From the NCBI GenBank assembly GCA_963828195.1, contig CAWHDT010000001.1:96001-160000 (forward strand): 64,000 nucleotides of DNA. The letters run 5' to 3'. This stretch comes from Candidatus Bathyarchaeota archaeon (GTDB lineage: Archaea > Thermoproteota > Bathyarchaeia > Bathyarchaeales > Bathycorpusculaceae). The notes beneath the pieces are model-generated. The model saw only the letters and a program-made list of their open reading frames with translations. It did no database searches and had not been told where the DNA came from. Position numbers and translations under genes: made by a program. The first letter of the stretch is position 1; the number at the start of each line of letters is the position of its first letter. This document shows positions 39,435 through 49,053 of this stretch, piece after piece.

Positions 39435-40222
39435 GCCAACCGAGAAACGTCCTGTTATTAATTGGAAGCCCAAGAATCGAAAGAAGCAATTCTTATGCGA
39501 TTGGAAAATTTTTAGCAGAGAAACTGGAAGAAAAAGGCCTAGTTTCTAAAGAAGCCTATACAGTACGCTTAGTTAACACGCCTGAAGGCACAGAGAAATT
39601 ACTTGGCTCGGTTGACAACGCGGACATAATAGTCCTTGCAACGCCATTATACGTTGACAGCTTCCCCTCGCCAACAATCAAAGCCTTGGAACTAATTCAT
39701 GAACATCGAAAAGCCGTAACGACAACGAAATCCCAGATGTTTGTTGCAATCATGAACAGCGGATTCCCAGAAAAGGAGCATATGGATATTGCCATCAAAA
39801 TCATTCGAAACTTTGCTGAAGCGTCAAATTTCACGTGGGGAGGAGGAATACGCGTTGGCTGGGGTATGGCTCTGAACAATGAACCGCTGAACGAAAAGAA
39901 AGGCATGACTCGAAAACTTACGAGAGGTCTAACTTTAGCGTCCATCAACCTTTCAGCTGGTCAACCCATATCAGAAGAAGCTGAAGAGTTAGCCTCTGCC
40001 CTTTTTGTTCCTCTTTTTCTGGCGAAGACTATGGCGCGCATGTTCGGCAAAAGAGGCTGGAACAAACTTGCAAAAGAAAATAATGCCAACGCGAAAATGT
40101 ATGATCAGCCATACGAGCTCAATCGGCAAGAAGCGGGTTCGGAATCCGCTCTACAAGGTAAAACCGAAACCCAGAAAAAGGCAGACTTACAAAATAACCA
40201 TGAAAACTGGAGGAAAAGTTAG
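39431..40222 (+). CDS. Flavodoxin-fold NAD(P)H-dependent oxidoreductase-like protein
   Basis: GSPR..SNS, ATPLYVDSFP, NSGFPE. Confidence 0.82.
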   Translation: MSQPRNVLLLIGSPRIERSNSYAIGKFLAEKLEEKGLVSKEAYTVRLVNTPEGTEKLLGSVDNADIIVLATPLYVDSFPSPTIKALELIHEHRKAVTTTKSQMFVAIMNSGFPEKEHMDIAIKIIRNFAEASNFTWGGGIRVGWGMALNNEPLNEKKGMTRKLTRGLTLASINLSAGQPISEEAEELASALFVPLFLAKTMARMFGKRGWNKLAKENNANAKMYDQPYELNRQEAGSESALQGKTETQKKADLQNNHENWRKS

Positions 40223-41194
40223 ATGGCTCCAATAGAAGTTTCTGCTCTCAAAAAATGCTACGGAGACCTAAAAGCCGTAGATGAAATCTCTTTCACGGTT
40301 AACGAAGGGGAAGTTTTCGGTCTTTTGGGTCCAAACGGCGCAGGCAAAACCACCACTATAGAGATTTTAGAAGGATTGCGACAAAGGGACGGAGGCGACG
40401 TACGAGTTCTCGGTCTTGACCCGTGGAAAAACGGCTATGAGCTTCACCAGAAAATCGGCGTCATACCTCAAGAATTCACTTTTTTGGAAAAAATAACGCC
40501 CAGAGAAGCCATAATATACTATACTGATCTTTTCAACGTTAAAGTTAATCCTGACGAAATTTTAAAAGAGGTTTTGCTTGAGGAATCTGCGAAAACCAAT
40601 TTTGACAGCCTATCCGGCGGGCAGAAACAGAAAACTGGTCTTGCTCTTTCACTGGTTAACACTCCCGAAATGCTCTTTCTTGACGAGCCCACCACTGGAT
40701 TAGATCCGAATGCCCGTAGAGCAATTTGGGACGTCATACGTGGATTGAAAGCGAAGGGAAAAACAATCATTTTAACCACTCATTACTTGGATGAAGCCCA
40801 ACAGTTAGCGGACAGAGTAGCCATCATGGACCACGGGCACATTGTTGCTATAGGAACTTCAGATGAAATCATTGCGCAGCACGGTTCAGGTGAAAGACTT
40901 GAAATTCACGGATCCGAACTATTAGCACAATACATCAAAGCAAACACTAAACTGCAGGTTGCGTACGATAAACAAAGAAACGTGATTAGCATAACGCTTA
41001 AACAGAAAATCGATGCTTTGGCAGCTTTGACAGCGGCTGATCAATCGAAAATGGACTATGGAGACATTCAGACGCGTCGGGACAGCTTAGACGACGTTTT
41101 TGTCAAACTTGTCAGTGGAAAAGTAGATGAGCATGGCGAGATCATCGGGGACGATGAAAACAAAAATAAAACGGATAATCAACAGAGGCGTTAA
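40223..41194 (+). CDS. ABC transporter ATP-binding protein (exporter type)
   Basis: GPNGAGKTT, LSGGQKQ, LDEPTTGLDP, TTHY. Confidence 0.95.
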   Translation: MAPIEVSALKKCYGDLKAVDEISFTVNEGEVFGLLGPNGAGKTTTIEILEGLRQRDGGDVRVLGLDPWKNGYELHQKIGVIPQEFTFLEKITPREAIIYYTDLFNVKVNPDEILKEVLLEESAKTNFDSLSGGQKQKTGLALSLVNTPEMLFLDEPTTGLDPNARRAIWDVIRGLKAKGKTIILTTHYLDEAQQLADRVAIMDHGHIVAIGTSDEIIAQHGSGERLEIHGSELLAQYIKANTKLQVAYDKQRNVISITLKQKIDALAALTAADQSKMDYGDIQTRRDSLDDVFVKLVSGKVDEHGEIIGDDENKNKTDNQQRR

Positions 41195-41196
41195 AG

Positions 41197-42318
41197 ATGG
41201 GTAGCGGAAAAAGAATCCTATCAGATTTCAAAGTATTCAGCCGCGGTTATTTAAGAAACAGGTTTGGATTATTCTTCGGATTAATATTCCCAGTAATTCT
41301 GATCTTAATTTTCGGCGCAATTTTCTCGGGAAGCGGCACCAGCGCTGTCAACGTTTATGTTCAGAACCGAGACGTCGGACCTTTTGCGTCACCCCAAATG
41401 GATATAGCCCAACAGTTTTTAACCTCGCTTAACAATACTGGCGTAATTAAAATCACGATGGTACCTGATTCGGAGAATTTTTCAAAGTACCTAGCGTCTC
41501 AGTCAGCATCTGACGGCATTATTATTCCTGAAAACTTCTCGGCTGACTATTTAGCTGGTAATCCGGTAAATGTGATTGTCTATGGTAATCCAACATCAAG
41601 CACCAGCAGTATCGTTAACGGAGCAGTTAATGGAGTTATAAACTATTTCAATCTGAACTATTACAAGCAAAACGCTACACCCATCATCAGCGTAACCCAG
41701 ACTACGGTGAACACTCAGCAAACCAAATACATTGACTTTCTAGTTCCAGGCTTGATCGGTTTCGCCATACTTGTAAGCCCAATGTTCTCGATGGTTAACA
41801 TTTCCTCAGAGTACAAGAAGACAAAAATCTTTAAGCAACTATCACTAACACCGCTTACAAAAAATGAGTGGCTGACCTCTAAAATAATGTGGTACATTTC
41901 CCTGGGGGTCTTCAGCTTCTTACTCATGGTTGCCGTAGGAATCTTGCTGTTTGGCGCGCACATAACGTTAACTGTCTGGCTTATACCCTTCCTAATTCTG
42001 GGTCCAATGATGTTCTGTTCGTTAGGCATGCTGGTTGGAACCATAACAAAGAACCCTGAAACAGCAGGCGTGATAGGTAACGTGGTTACGTTTCCAATGA
42101 TGTTTCTCTCTGGCACATTCTTCCCGATCAGCATCATGCCGCAGTACTTGCAGAGCATCGCTCACGTGCTACCGTTATTCTACATAATTCAGGGCTTAAA
42201 CAACGTCATGGTCTACGCAAACTACAGCGGAGCAATAATCGACCTAGCAGTTACTGCCGTGATAACAGCTGTGTTCTTCGTTTTGGCAGTCAGACTCTTC
42301 AAATGGAGAGAAGACTAA
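41197..42318 (+). CDS. ABC-2 type transporter permease
   Basis: N-terminal TM, extracellular loop, YIDFLVPG, PMMFLSGTFFP. Confidence 0.93.
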   Translation: MGSGKRILSDFKVFSRGYLRNRFGLFFGLIFPVILILIFGAIFSGSGTSAVNVYVQNRDVGPFASPQMDIAQQFLTSLNNTGVIKITMVPDSENFSKYLASQSASDGIIIPENFSADYLAGNPVNVIVYGNPTSSTSSIVNGAVNGVINYFNLNYYKQNATPIISVTQTTVNTQQTKYIDFLVPGLIGFAILVSPMFSMVNISSEYKKTKIFKQLSLTPLTKNEWLTSKIMWYISLGVFSFLLMVAVGILLFGAHITLTVWLIPFLILGPMMFCSLGMLVGTITKNPETAGVIGNVVTFPMMFLSGTFFPISIMPQYLQSIAHVLPLFYIIQGLNNVMVYANYSGAIIDLAVTAVITAVFFVLAVRLFKWRED

Positions 42319-42329
42319 ACCAAACTTCC

Positions 42330-42944
42330 TCATTTTTTTAGTTGCAATTCACACATTTTAAGTAAACCCAAAACTTCCAAGAACAATGCATCCGCGACCG
42401 CTGCTACTGGTTTATCCCCGTCTACCCGAACAAGTTCGCCTTCATCTACAAATTTAAGGTAGACGTCGCGAACTTTTTGCTGTATTTCCAAAGTTTCCAT
42501 AACAGACTTCTTTCTCTGCAAACGCTCCAGCACCCGTTCCGGAGATACATCGATGAAGATGCTGAAGTCTGGTTGCAGTGCACGAGCATTAATAGTTTTG
42601 ATCCATGCCAAGCTGAGACCTGCGCTGCCTTGGTAGGCTAAAGACGAGTAAATATAGCGGTCGCAAAGCACTATCTTCCCTTCGGCTAAAGCGGGAGCGA
42701 CCTCATTTTGCACGTGCTCAATGCGGTCAGCCGCAAACAGGAGCGCTTCAGCCTCTGTGGGAAGACGTTTCCCTTCATAAAGACAGCATTCCCGTATGAA
42801 AGTGCCTATTTTGCCTCGGCTGGGTTCTGCAGTGTAAATGGCGGCGTATTCTTTAGAGAGCTTTTCGGTTAGGAGTTGTGCCTGTGTGGTTTTTCCGCTT
42901 CCGTCTAAGCCTTCGATGCATATGAAAACGCCTTTTTTGACCAT
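42330..42944 (-). CDS. tmk: Thymidylate kinase
   Basis: IEGLDGSGKTT, LLFAADR, CDRYIYSSLAYQG. Confidence 0.96.
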   Translation of the reverse strand: MVKKGVFICIEGLDGSGKTTQAQLLTEKLSKEYAAIYTAEPSRGKIGTFIRECCLYEGKRLPTEAEALLFAADRIEHVQNEVAPALAEGKIVLCDRYIYSSLAYQGSAGLSLAWIKTINARALQPDFSIFIDVSPERVLERLQRKKSVMETLEIQQKVRDVYLKFVDEGELVRVDGDKPVAAVADALFLEVLGLLKMCELQLKK

Positions 42945-43077
42945 ATTTTTCAACTTGGCTTTTTTAGCGTTAGACATTGTGGGGAGATAGATAAATAGAA
43001 GTTCCTATTAAATCGCCTTTTGTAGCTTCATTTTGAGACAACATTCCCTTATATTCTCTAACGCCGTAAGAGGGCTA

Positions 43078-43160
43078 ACAAGAAAGGATAACAATCAGGT
43101 CTCATTTGTTGAACGGGTCTGACTGCTAACGTGTGAAAAAGGCGCACCCCTGCTTTTTTT
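43078..43160 (+). ncRNA. Candidate small RNA (unassigned)
   Basis: TATA-like CTTATATT at 43048, two possible hairpins, T7 tract at 43154-43160, no ORF. Confidence 0.25.
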
Positions 43161-43291
43161 GCCACCTATCACTGTTGGCGCACGGTTAAATCCGCTTAAT
43201 CACCTTTTTGCCCTATTTGCTCCGATGTTGTCTTTTTTATAAAAACTATTATATAGCGAGACACCGCTATGGAAGTTTTGGGGACGTACAC

Positions 43292-43510
43292 TTGAATCGG
43301 CTTGAAGCTATGGCTATGTTAAAGAATTAGTGGCTGGTAACTTAGTAAACCCTGATTACGTGAACATTGTACGAAGAGACGATAATAGTCATTACCAGAT
43401 TCAAATTACATGTGATTACAAAGGAAGAGATAGAAGCGTACGCAAAAAAAAGACAGTTGACTATAACAGAGGATAAGGAACGAAAATACTTGCTCATTTA
43501 CAAACCTTGA
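43292..43510 (+). pseudogene. Doubly frameshifted small protein gene
   Basis: Reconstructs as MNRLEAMAML/KELVAGNLVNPDYVNIVRRDDNSHYQIQITCDY/KEEIEAYAKKRQLTITEDKERKYLLIYKP; TATA-like TTATATA near 43249. Confidence 0.6.
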
Positions 43511-43972
43511 CTTGCTTTCCACCGCTAAGTTGCTGTGGCTTGAAATTAGAGGATTTACTCAAATCCACAATTTATCATTTGAAGAAAACATAGCGCAGGG
43601 ATATCTGGCATTTTTTAAGCTATAGAAAGGCTCTATCTTACATCTTTGAAACAGCAATTACAATTTTTACATGTGTAAACTTCAATGTGGAAAAAAAAGT
43701 TTTTAAGTGATTTGCCGGGCTTAGAAACTTCTTTGCCAAGTTTGGACATTTAGCCAAATAAGTCATCCTTCAAACCGATAGCTCAACGTTAGACCATGGC
43801 GATTATTATAAGGATTTATTGGTAGCAAAAGGATACAACTTACCAGACCCTTGAGTCTTATTTTCTATGTTTATTCTATGCTATGCTGATTTTAATGGCA
43901 AAAAACTACGGAAAGATTTAACGATTAAATAGATACATCATAAATATAACTTACAAACTGTGAGGCTTGCTT

Positions 43973-45253
43973 GTGCCTAAGGTTTACTGGGGAGAAATAA
44001 AGGATCCCGTTCACGGGTACGTGTACATAAGTGAAACAGAAAAAAACATTATTGACTCTTATCCGATGCAGCGGCTCAGGCGGCTGAGGCAGCTGGCGGG
44101 TTCAGAATACGTTTACCCAGGCGCTAACCACACCCGCTTCGAACACTGCGTCGGCGTCATGTACCTGGCAGGCGAAGTTTTAGAAAACCCAAACATTTCA
44201 CAGTTAGTAAGCGATGAAGAAGTCCAAATGTGCCGGATTTCAGCGCTGCTTCATGATTGCGGGCATGGACCTTTCTCCCATGTTTTTGAGCATTTATTGA
44301 TAAAAGACTTGGAAAAAACGCATGAAGACATCACCTCATGGATAATTGAAAAAAGTGAAGTGGGCGAAAAACTGGCTAAAATGGGCTACAACCCCAAGGA
44401 AGTGGGTGGACTCGCCGTTGGGAAACTGCAAAAACATGGCAAAGCCTTCCTTGACCAGATAATAAGCAGCGCCGTCGACGTTGACAAACAGGACTTCATA
44501 GTCAGAGATACCTACCACACAGGCGCCGAATATGGATTCATCGATGTTTTCCGCATCATACATGCGCTTGACGTTTTAGGCGAAAATCTAGCCGTAGAAC
44601 TAGGTGCACTGTCAGCGTTAGAAGTGTTCATGATTGCAAGGATCGAATCTTTTAAGAGCATTTATTTTCATCGCGTCGGCAGGGCAGCGCAGATTATGTT
44701 GGCAACCGCCATGGAAAAAGCAAACAGCGAGTTAGGATTGACTGCGTTTAAAACACCTGAAGAATACATGGCGCTTGACGACTACACAGTTTGGGCGTCG
44801 CTCAAAAAATGTGAAGCTTCGAAAGAAATAATCGGCAACTTAGAAAGGCGCAGAATGCTAAAGTGCGCTTATGAACGGACCTTCTACGAGAAGGACACTA
44901 TGATATCGAACATTTTCGGTCGCGAGTCATACCGACGCCAGATGCAAAGCGAAATCGCCAAAGAAGCAGGCGTCAACATTGAATCAGTGATAATTGACGT
45001 GCCCACCGTGCCCTCCGTACCCTACCACCATGCCGTACTAATGGAGTCTATGGAGATTCCTGTTTTCAGCAGAAGCCAAACGGGAGAAAAAACCCCGCAG
45101 CGATTAAGCGAGATTTCAAAGATTTTCGAAACACTCAAAGGCTTCATGAACATACTGCGAGTGTACACAGATGCAGATGACCGCGAAAAAGTAGAAAAAG
45201 CAACAGCAAAAATCTTGGGAAAAATCCCATCCGCAGCAAAAATCTCATTTTAG
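43973..45253 (+). CDS. HD-domain phosphohydrolase (COG1078, SAMHD1-like)
   Basis: IKDPVHG, MQRLRRLRQL, YPGANHTRFEH, LLHDCGHGPFSH, DVDKQDFIVRD, IYFH. Confidence 0.93.
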   Translation: MPKVYWGEIKDPVHGYVYISETEKNIIDSYPMQRLRRLRQLAGSEYVYPGANHTRFEHCVGVMYLAGEVLENPNISQLVSDEEVQMCRISALLHDCGHGPFSHVFEHLLIKDLEKTHEDITSWIIEKSEVGEKLAKMGYNPKEVGGLAVGKLQKHGKAFLDQIISSAVDVDKQDFIVRDTYHTGAEYGFIDVFRIIHALDVLGENLAVELGALSALEVFMIARIESFKSIYFHRVGRAAQIMLATAMEKANSELGLTAFKTPEEYMALDDYTVWASLKKCEASKEIIGNLERRRMLKCAYERTFYEKDTMISNIFGRESYRRQMQSEIAKEAGVNIESVIIDVPTVPSVPYHHAVLMESMEIPVFSRSQTGEKTPQRLSEISKIFETLKGFMNILRVYTDADDREKVEKATAKILGKIPSAAKISF

Positions 45254-45443
45254 CACTTGCAAATATTGAGCTGGGGCGACGCGCTATTTGCTGTAGGAAA
45301 ATGGTTGTAAATAGTAGGGGGAGGCTGCTCGAATGAATGGAATGAGGGGTAAAACAGCGGCTGCTAAATGCAATCTGATGATTTTTCTTAAATACTAGTC
45401 CTTGCTTAACAAGAAAAGCAGAGAACGAAGGCTGGGAAGAGAA

Positions 45444-45956
45444 ATGGAGAAAAATTCTGAAGACAAGAAAGTTATAAGCGTGAGAATCAAAAAGAAACCT
45501 GAACTTAAAGCGGAGCCAACTTTACTTTTTAGCCAAAAAGACATCCGAAAATATGTCACTGAATTTGTTTCTTCCTGGATCAGAGGAGACCTTGTAATCC
45601 GTTTTCCCACAGCGGCTGAATTAGCTAAGAAGACGCCTTTGAGCATAGCATTCCCGACCGATCCATCTGTTAACGCGGAGTTAAAAATTAAGGAGCATTA
45701 TGTGGATCAGCTATCAGTTATTGCTGGAATAAAGCCTGCGTCAGTTGACGAACAAGAAAAAGCAATTGCAGATGTTTTCAGAATGCTGCTGATGTTCCGC
45801 AGCGCTAACAGAATTGAAGGCAAAATCATCTCAAATGATCTGGAAAAGAGGATAGAGGAACTTGAGAAAATAGCCAAGAACCAGGGAAAACTTGTTGATC
45901 AAATAACTGGATTTTTGTTCAAGCCAAAAAACGAAACCAATAAAGCGCCAAGCTAG
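45444..45956 (+). CDS. Hypothetical protein with C-terminal coiled coil
   Basis: About 170 aa ORF, LEKRIEELEK; TATA-like CTTAAATA upstream; no family recognised. Confidence 0.6.
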   Translation: MEKNSEDKKVISVRIKKKPELKAEPTLLFSQKDIRKYVTEFVSSWIRGDLVIRFPTAAELAKKTPLSIAFPTDPSVNAELKIKEHYVDQLSVIAGIKPASVDEQEKAIADVFRMLLMFRSANRIEGKIISNDLEKRIEELEKIAKNQGKLVDQITGFLFKPKNETNKAPS

Positions 45957-46030
45957 CTGAAAGCCCCCTTCTTGAAGGGTAAGGTTTATTCGAAGGAAAA
46001 AGCATTCTGCTTGGTGCTTTTAGGCAAAGG

Positions 46031-46108
46031 GCTCCGGTAGTATAGTCCGGTCAAGTATACTGGCCTTTCGAGTCGGCGACCCGGGTCCAAATCCCGGCCG
46101 GAGCACCA
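46031..46108 (+). tRNA. tRNA-Glu(TTC), atypical T loop
   Basis: GCTCCGG/CCGGAGC acceptor stem, CT-TTC-GA anticodon loop, CCGGG-TCCAAAT-CCCGG T arm, encoded CCA. Confidence 0.9.
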
Positions 46109-46316
46109 ATCATTCTTCCTCAAAGAAATCGGTCAAAGAAGACATTCTGCAGCAAACGTAGCGAACTTAGAGCGATTCAAACTTGTAATGCCGATTCCAT
46201 TCGGGGTCGGGAGGTACATTTTTAACAATTGAAAATAGGTCTAAAAAGAGGTATAGTGCAGTTGGAACGGCAAATTTTGTGTGATTGATTAAATAGCAAA
46301 AATAAAAAAAGGGTTT

Positions 46317-46991
46317 TTATTGTGGCAATGGTTTTCCGCAGTTGGGGCAAAAAGCGGTGTTTGGCTTTACAGGTGCGCCGCAGTTTGGGCAGTATCGTGT
46401 TGTTTGGGTTGGCTGGGCTGCTGGTGCTTGGGTTGGCTGTGCGCCTGGTTGTGCAGGAGGTGGAGCATAACCAGATGTTGGTGAACTATATTGTTGCTGT
46501 GGTTGAAGTTTCATGGAGAAGAAGCCTATTGTGGCAAATATCCAAGCGATGAATATCAGTATTAAGCCAACAAAAACAATCGTCAATATGGCGCCCCACC
46601 AAAGTAAGGTGCCAGCGGTTGAAAACGAGTGGTCTCCCGATTTTTGTGCAAGTAATTCGAAAGTTTTTCTTAAGCGACCGGCTGCAAGTACATAGAATAT
46701 AAATGCAACGATTAGGCCTAGAAAGAAAAATACTACGCCGATTATAGATAAGCCAGTTGCCAATGAAATAACGGCTACTGCCGCCGCAACTACAGCGATT
46801 ATGTAGTATATGACGCCCGTGACTGAATCCTGATAGATTTCGTTACTTTGATAGTAACTTGCAAGTCCCTTGATACCCAAAAGGAACAAGATTATACCGA
46901 CGATACCTAAGAAAGGAACTATGCTGAGTATAAGCAATATTGAGCCGACGCCAGCCATTGTCTTACTAGATTCTGCATTACTACTACTCAT
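46317..46991 (-). CDS. DUF996 family membrane protein with C-terminal zinc ribbon
   Basis: AGVGSILLIL, FSTAGTLLWWGAILTI, IAWIFATIGFFS; Q/P linker; CPNCG..FCPNCG. Confidence 0.87.
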   Translation of the reverse strand: MSSSNAESSKTMAGVGSILLILSIVPFLGIVGIILFLLGIKGLASYYQSNEIYQDSVTGVIYYIIAVVAAAVAVISLATGLSIIGVVFFFLGLIVAFIFYVLAAGRLRKTFELLAQKSGDHSFSTAGTLLWWGAILTIVFVGLILIFIAWIFATIGFFSMKLQPQQQYSSPTSGYAPPPAQPGAQPTQAPAAQPTQTTRYCPNCGAPVKPNTAFCPNCGKPLPQ

Positions 46992-47110
46992 TTGACTTTT
47001 CCCTCAATAAATTGGCGTTTGTTGTTAAATAAAAGCTTTTTCAATCAGATTAGCGTCAATTTGACTATTGCGGAGAGTAAAATAAACTGCGTTCAGTATA
47101 AAATGTAGGA

Positions 47111-48646
47111 GTGACCAAAGTGACCATCATTCGGTCTTATAACGAACTAATATCAAAAACTAAAGATGCCACAGTGTTCGGAACCGCTGAGGGCATAATT
47201 CACTGGGACATGGAAACCATGATGCCGCCTGGTGCAGTAGACCAAAGAAGCCTGCAATTGTCCTTATTTAGTCGTATTCATCACCAGATGAGCACTGACC
47301 CACAAATAGGAAAACTTTTAGCCACAATACAAGCAGCCCCCGAGTATAAAGGACTGGGGCAAGCCGAGAAACGCAATATTTTTTTAATCAACAAAAACTA
47401 CCGCGAACAAACTGCTTTACCAGAAAAACTCGTCGCTGAACTCGCCAAGCAAGAAGCAATAACAGTGAACGTTTGGAAAAAAGCCAAAGCCCAAAAGAAT
47501 TTTGGCTTCTTCAAAGCGGATCTGCAGAAACTTTTAGAGTTAAACAAGCAAGCTGCAGAAATCCTTATGAAGGTTAAGGAAACCAAAACGCCATATGAGG
47601 CGTTGATTGATAATTTTGAGCCTAAAATGACTACGGACCAGATTGCGGAAACATTTAATCAGCTTCAGCGGGGCTTAAAGCCGCTAATAAGCAAGGTGCA
47701 AGCCGGCTCAAACAAGCCAGATACCTCAATACTTTATCAACCGGTTCCAGTTGAGAATCAACGCAAAATTGCACAATTTTTAACAAAAACATTAGGCTAC
47801 GACACTGCCTCGTCTGCCGCACATGGGAGAATTGACGAGACAGAACACCCCTTCACCACAGGCTACTACGACGACGTACGGATAACGACCCATTATTACC
47901 CAAACAACTTTGCCAGCTCAATCTTCTCTGTGATGCATGAGAGTGGGCACGCGCTCTACGAGCAGAACCTTAACCCAAAATGGAAATATCAACCAGTAGG
48001 CTCCACATGCTCCTATGGCATACATGAGTCACAATCGCGGTTTTACGAAAACGTAATTGGCCGCTCAGAAGAGTTCTGGACAAGCTTTATGCCTAAACTC
48101 AAAAAAGCAGCCCCGGGCCTCGCAAACGTTGAATTAGACAGGTTTGTTAGAGCCGTCAACAAGGTGGAGCGTTCAAAAATCCGCATTGAAGCCGACGAGG
48201 TGACATACAACTTGCATGTGATTATCCGCTTTGAAATTGAAAGAGACCTTTTCGCGGATAAAATCGCGGTCAACGAACTCCCTGAGGTGTGGAACCAGAA
48301 ATACGCTGATTATCTCGGCGTGAAAGTTGAGGATGACTCGGAAGGAGTGATGCAGGACACACATTGGGCTAGCGGCTTATTTGGTTATTTTCCAAGCTAC
48401 GTGCTTGGGAACATTTACAGTGGGCAAATAACTGAAGCAGTGACAAGAGATCAGCCTGATTGGCGCATTCAACTTGCATCGGGGAAACTAAAACACGTTA
48501 ATGATTGGCTAAAGAAAAACATTCACATGCAAGGAGACCTCATGGATCCAGAGGAACTAATTGGGAAAGCAACTGGCAGAAACCTGAATTCTGAACCGTA
48601 CCTGAAATACCTGAATGAAAAATACAGCAAAATTTACGGATTTTAG
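47111..48646 (+). CDS. Carboxypeptidase M32 (Taq family)
   Basis: HPFT, DVRITT, HESGHALYEQ, HESQSRF, IRIEADE, QDTHW, GYFPSY. Confidence 0.96.
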   Translation: MTKVTIIRSYNELISKTKDATVFGTAEGIIHWDMETMMPPGAVDQRSLQLSLFSRIHHQMSTDPQIGKLLATIQAAPEYKGLGQAEKRNIFLINKNYREQTALPEKLVAELAKQEAITVNVWKKAKAQKNFGFFKADLQKLLELNKQAAEILMKVKETKTPYEALIDNFEPKMTTDQIAETFNQLQRGLKPLISKVQAGSNKPDTSILYQPVPVENQRKIAQFLTKTLGYDTASSAAHGRIDETEHPFTTGYYDDVRITTHYYPNNFASSIFSVMHESGHALYEQNLNPKWKYQPVGSTCSYGIHESQSRFYENVIGRSEEFWTSFMPKLKKAAPGLANVELDRFVRAVNKVERSKIRIEADEVTYNLHVIIRFEIERDLFADKIAVNELPEVWNQKYADYLGVKVEDDSEGVMQDTHWASGLFGYFPSYVLGNIYSGQITEAVTRDQPDWRIQLASGKLKHVNDWLKKNIHMQGDLMDPEELIGKATGRNLNSEPYLKYLNEKYSKIYGF

Positions 48647-48825
48647 CTTGCGGGTTTTTTAGTTATTTCCTTGTAAATGTATATAGCAAGATAGGCGAAA
48701 ATTGCGCCGATGAACATGTAAACGCCAGTGTAGCCTATGATTGCGTTATAAATGTTGGCGCCGACGAGGAATAGCAGAAAGCCAAGTAGGAATATTCCCA
48801 AGCATGCCCAGTCAGTCCAAGACAT
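48643..48825 (-). CDS. Small two-TM membrane protein
   Basis: 60 aa with two hydrophobic helices and a basic tail. Confidence 0.65.
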   Translation of the reverse strand: MSWTDWACLGIFLLGFLLFLVGANIYNAIIGYTGVYMFIGAIFAYLAIYIYKEITKKPAS

Positions 48826-48958
48826 CCGATTGCCTCATAGGATGCATTCAATAAAACTACAAGGTATATAGATTTACCGCCAAAGCTCTTACATTAATAT
48901 CTTGATGCTACAGCCCTAACCCCAAAAAAAAATTATAGCGAGAGACCGGTAAATTTCA

Positions 48959-49053
48959 TCCCGACATCTTCAAATGTTTTTCGGAGCATCCGACATTCTT
49001 ATATACAAGATAATATAATGGAAAGCCCTGAAGGTAATTAAATGTCGGGAGCA
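48959..49053. promoter_or_regulatory. fae-hps promoter with repeated CCGACAT/ATGTCGG motifs
   Basis: TCCCGACAT 48959, TCGGA-GCA-TCCGACAT 48981-48996, TATA CTTATATA 48998, ATGTCGGGAGCA 49042. Confidence 0.6.

Noticed and set aside
43973-45253. HD protein as an anti-phage dNTPase
   Set aside because: Looks like the common archaeal COG1078 family next to tmk; no defence genes nearby
25952-46108. Integrated element bounded by tRNA att sites
   Set aside because: No duplicated tRNA 3' end, integrase or viral gene seen; the interval contains core genes such as lysS and tmk
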